From: Candidatus Micrarchaeota archaeon | GTDB lineage: Archaea; Micrarchaeota; Micrarchaeia; Anstonellales; Bilamarchaeaceae | Direction: 5' to 3' | Assembly (NCBI GenBank): GCA_040758595.1 | Contig: JBFLVJ010000008.1 | Coordinates: 3,291-67,290, forward strand | Length of the DNA stretch: 64,000 nt | Shown: piece after piece, positions 60,856-64,000 of the stretch | Layout: every line of letters starts with the position of its first letter | Numbering within the stretch: position 1 is the stretch's first letter | Translations under genes and position numbers: made by a program | The notes under the pieces: model-generated | Database searches by the model: none | Told to the model about the DNA's origin: nothing | What the model saw: only the letters and a program-made list of their open reading frames with translations

Positions 60856-63249
60856 TCAATCGTCATAAGAGAGCGAATCTTTCGATTCGGTCTCGGGCTT
60901 CATCAGTTTGGATAGCCGTTGCAGCATTATCTTCTGCTCTGCGCTGGCGACTATCTTCCTGGTGCGGCCGACAGCATCCGGATTGACCGACATGCTTGTG
61001 ATGCCGAACTCAACGAGCCTCTCAGCGAATTCAGGATAGACGGACGGCGCCTGGCCGCAGAGCGAACTGGTGACTCCGAACCTGTTGCAGGTGGTGATGA
61101 CCCTCTTGAGGGATCTCAGGACCGCTTCGTTCCTCTCATCGAATCCCTTGGCCAAGGTAGCGTTGTCCCTGTCGATCCCGAGGGTGAGCTGGGTGAGGTC
61201 GTTGGTGCCGATGGAGACGCCGTCGATGCCCTCCTGGCAGAACTGGTCTATCAAGACCACTGTGCTTGGCACTTCGACCATGATCCAGAGCTTGAAGTCC
61301 CTGGTCCTATAAAGCTGGACATCATCCATGATGTCCTTTATCGCCCTCAGCTCCCCGATCCTCCTCACGAAGGGTATCATGAGCATCAGGTTGGTCAGGT
61401 GGAATTCGTTCCTCACCTTCTTGATGGCCTCCAGCTCTAGCTTGAAGAGCTCGGGCTCCTTGATGTACCTGGCCGCTCCCCTGTATCCCATCATCGGGTT
61501 CTCCTCGTGGGGCTCATACTTCTCCCCGCCTTCCAGGTTGCGGTACTCGTTGGTCTTGAAGTCAGTGGCCCTGTATACGACCGGCCTTGGGTAGAACGCC
61601 GCCGCGAACTTCCTCAAATCGTCAGCGAGCCTGTCTATGAATTCCTGGCCCTTGCCATCTTCCAGCATGGCCCTCGGGTGTTTGCCCATGTCGGCCACCA
61701 TGAACTCCGCTCTCAGCAGTCCCACACCGTCCGCGGGAAGCTTCGAGACCTTCTCCGCCTGGTCCACGTCCGCCAGGTTGACGTATATCTTGGTGCCGGT
61801 TATCGGGACGGATTCCGCCGCGACGGCCGCAGCCGCTCCGGGCTTGGCAGCGGCCGCTTCGGGCGCGGAGACAAGGCCTTCGTAGATGATGCCGTGGCTT
61901 CCGTCCACGCTCACTTCCATGCCGGTGCCAAGCTTCTTGGTGGCTTCGCCGGTGCCGACTATGCACGGTACTCCCAGCTCCCTGCTGACTATGGCCGCGT
62001 GGCTGGTCATGCCGCCGGTGTCGGTGACGATGGCGGACGCCTTCTTCATGGCAGGGACGAAGTCCGGGGTGGTCATCTCGGTTACCAGCACATCGCCCTT
62101 CTCCATGATCTTTATCTCCTTGGCGCTCTTGATGAGTTTCACCTTGCCCATGCCCATGCCGGGCGAGGCTCCTAGGCCGCGCAGCAGTATCTTCGCTCCG
62201 CTCACGTCGTTCTTCGCCTCCGTCTTCCTCTCTTTCTGTTCCATGCCGCTCACGAGTTCACCTCCTGTGCCTCTCTCCAGTCCTGATTTGTCCGCCAGGG
62301 TGGTTATCGGCCTGGACTGGACGATATAAAGGTTGTCCTTCTCGAAACCGTATTCGATATCCTGGGGATAACCATAATGCTCCTCTATCTTCTTGCAGAT
62401 CCTCGCGAGATCCTTTATTTCCATGTCGGAGAGCTTCTGCCTGCCCTGGGCCTCGTCCTTTATCTCGACCCGTTTGTTCTTGCCGTCCATCTTTATGAGC
62501 ATCCAGGGCTGCTTGACGACATTCTTGTCCAGTATCTTGAGTTCGTTCTTGTCCACCCTGTATGTGTCCGGGGTGACCTGGCCGCTGACAACCACTTCTC
62601 CCAGCCCGTAGGCGGTCTCGATGGACATGACATCCGGGTCCTGGTAGAGCGGGTCCACTGTGAATACCACGCCGGCCTTCTCGCTCTGGACCATCATCTG
62701 GACCACCGCTGAGAGGCCGACCTTCATGTGCTCGAACTTGTTCTCCGTGCGATAGAAAATCGCTCTCGGCTCGAAGAGGGATGCCCAGCAGTCCTTGACC
62801 GCCTTGACGACCTCCTCTTCTCCTATGATGTTGAGATAGGTGGATTGCTGTCCTGCGAAGCTCGCGGTCGGCAGGTCCTCGGCCGTCGCGCTGCTCCTGA
62901 CCGCTACATAAGTCTTGGCGCCCCGCATGTCGCAGAGCTGTTTGTATGACCTGATGATGTCGTCGTGGATGTCCTGGGGCATCTTGCCCTTGACTATCAG
63001 GTCCTTTATCCTGTCCGACGCTTCGTTCAATGCGTCGGAATCATTGACGTCGAGCTTGTCGAGTATCTCCTGGATGGGCGTCCTGAGGTTGTTGGCGTCG
63101 AGGTGCTTGTAGTAGGAGCCGGCAGTTACCACGAACCCGTTCGGTATCGGGAACCCGTTGGCGAGCATCTCCCCCAGGTTCGCGCCCTTTCCCCCCGCTT
63201 CCGCCAGGCTCTTCTTGCTGAGCTCCTTGAACCACATGACGTTTTTCAT
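60856..63249 (-). CDS. ppsA: Phosphoenolpyruvate synthase
   Basis: 797 aa. LAEAGGKGANLGEM, the phosphohistidine region TDTGGMTSHAAIVSRELGVPCIVG and the C-terminal PEP-utilising TIM domain are present. Confidence 0.95.
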   Translation of the reverse strand: MKNVMWFKELSKKSLAEAGGKGANLGEMLANGFPIPNGFVVTAGSYYKHLDANNLRTPIQEILDKLDVNDSDALNEASDRIKDLIVKGKMPQDIHDDIIRSYKQLCDMRGAKTYVAVRSSATAEDLPTASFAGQQSTYLNIIGEEEVVKAVKDCWASLFEPRAIFYRTENKFEHMKVGLSAVVQMMVQSEKAGVVFTVDPLYQDPDVMSIETAYGLGEVVVSGQVTPDTYRVDKNELKILDKNVVKQPWMLIKMDGKNKRVEIKDEAQGRQKLSDMEIKDLARICKKIEEHYGYPQDIEYGFEKDNLYIVQSRPITTLADKSGLERGTGGELVSGMEQKERKTEAKNDVSGAKILLRGLGASPGMGMGKVKLIKSAKEIKIMEKGDVLVTEMTTPDFVPAMKKASAIVTDTGGMTSHAAIVSRELGVPCIVGTGEATKKLGTGMEVSVDGSHGIIYEGLVSAPEAAAAKPGAAAAVAAESVPITGTKIYVNLADVDQAEKVSKLPADGVGLLRAEFMVADMGKHPRAMLEDGKGQEFIDRLADDLRKFAAAFYPRPVVYRATDFKTNEYRNLEGGEKYEPHEENPMMGYRGAARYIKEPELFKLELEAIKKVRNEFHLTNLMLMIPFVRRIGELRAIKDIMDDVQLYRTRDFKLWIMVEVPSTVVLIDQFCQEGIDGVSIGTNDLTQLTLGIDRDNATLAKGFDERNEAVLRSLKRVITTCNRFGVTSSLCGQAPSVYPEFAERLVEFGITSMSVNPDAVGRTRKIVASAEQKIMLQRLSKLMKPETESKDSLSYDD

Positions 63250-63326
63250 AGTATACCTCTCGCTTGGGGGTGAATCTCATATATCTTTTATAAAACTTGG
63301 CTGGGCAATTTAGCTCACTGAAGAGC

Positions 63327-64000
63327 ATGTCTGACATATTGGCCGGTCTGGCTTTCTGTGCAGTGCCTGGCACCGTCTTCAGCATGAAGCTGATGATCGA
63401 GGCCACGCGGCGATATCTCACCTACCGCAGCGTGCGGGATATGCCGACATCCACGGTCCGTGCAGCCTCTGTGGGCCTTGTGGAGCTATCGGGAACTGCC
63501 AGCCCGGCCGAGCCCCTGATGTCTCCCATATCCCGCAGGCCTTGCATCTTTTATCGGATAGTCGCCCAATATCCGGAGAAAACACGGGACGGCTGGGAGT
63601 TCAAGGATTTCTATTCGTCAGAAAAAACAGTTCCCTTCTTTCTGGACGACCGGAGCGGCGCTATCCTTGTGGATCCGGACGGCGCCCGATTCAGGATACG
63701 GAATTGCGAGGTCTTCAGGGGGCACATATCCGGGAAAGACATTTGGGGCAAACCAGCCCATAAGATTGATGGGCGAGCCATCGCGTATGTCAACGCCCTC
63801 GAACCAAAGGCCAGGAAGAGGTTCATGGATGTGGATGACATGGATCTCAGGATAAGAGAGTTCAGCATCCCGGAAGGCAGGGGCATCTATGTGATGGGGA
63901 CCGCGCTGCCTAGGGCTGGGAGCCAGAGCCCGGTCGCCCATGAGAACCTCCTGGTCCAGAAGGCCGGATCATTCTTCTATATACGCGACGAGCTTGAGAA
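63327..64000 (+). CDS. GIDE-domain (E3 ubiquitin ligase MUL1-like) membrane protein, 5' part (runs off the window end)
   Basis: My own translation: MSDILAGLAFCAVPGTVFSM...VGLVELSGTASPAEPLMSPISRRPCIFYRIV...EKTVPFFLDDRSGAILVDPDGA... This has the GIDE-like pattern. The frame is open to the end of the window. Confidence 0.5.
   Translation, partial: MSDILAGLAFCAVPGTVFSMKLMIEATRRYLTYRSVRDMPTSTVRAASVGLVELSGTASPAEPLMSPISRRPCIFYRIVAQYPEKTRDGWEFKDFYSSEKTVPFFLDDRSGAILVDPDGARFRIRNCEVFRGHISGKDIWGKPAHKIDGRAIAYVNALEPKARKRFMDVDDMDLRIREFSIPEGRGIYVMGTALPRAGSQSPVAHENLLVQKAGSFFYIRDELE

Overview
G+C-rich archaeal chromosomal segment with about 75 tightly packed genes, many joined by ATGA/TAATG stop-start overlaps. 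The archaeal assignment rests on Hjc, Alba, aEF-1beta, RpoD, L15e, Dph2, a full A-type ATPase operon (atpHIKECFABD) and the archaeal-type mevalonate route. All calls come from reading the supplied translations and DNA by eye. No searches or computations were run, and family names are motif-level recognitions.

Core content:
- Ribosomal/transcription cluster: Zn-ribbon, EF-1beta, S13, S4, S11, RpoD, tRNA-Leu.
- L15e plus RNase P p30.
- Unusually concentrated isoprenoid genes: AcnX-type phosphomevalonate dehydratase large and small subunits, UbiD-like decarboxylase, UbiX, isopentenyl phosphate kinase and mevalonate kinase within about 8.5 kb. A class II HMG-CoA reductase lies further on, translationally coupled to the dolichyl-phosphate GlcNAc-1-P transferase.
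- Housekeeping genes: PurC, PEP synthase, Nth, Dus, UppP, Dph2, a PhoU-like regulator, two receiver proteins, a histidine kinase and SixA.
- Three tRNAs.

Main unusual items:
1. tRNA-Thr(GGU) is interrupted by a 39-nt non-canonical D-loop intron with a relaxed bulge-helix-bulge fold.
2. A ~2.6-kb low-GC island next to tRNA-Leu is bounded by a 13-bp direct repeat of the tRNA 3' end. It has no integrase and carries an orphan gene, a TrmB-like regulator with a 24-bp palindromic operator, and a wHTH/RelE-like pair.
3. A cysteine-rich secretome includes a Kazal-like domain protein, a TIL-like 10-Cys lipoprotein, a snapalysin-like metalloprotease fused to a Cys-rich and an SCP2-like domain, and two tandem ~1,110-aa beta-helix surface proteins behind a GT-C glycosyltransferase.
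4. Two paralogous ~50-aa CPxC...C..HRF zinc-ribbon genes bracket a pair of secreted paralogs.
5. A dispersed degenerate GGGTTTC/GAAACCC repeat family flanks all three tRNAs. It also occurs in frame in several genes, clearest in uppP and rpl15e and more degenerate in the ubiD-like gene.
6. Lys/Ala/Glu/Pro-rich tails are present on S13, S4, S11, RpoD and L15e.
7. A 124-nt structured spacer sits inside the ATPase operon.

No CRISPR array, rRNA or recognisable transposase/integrase was seen.
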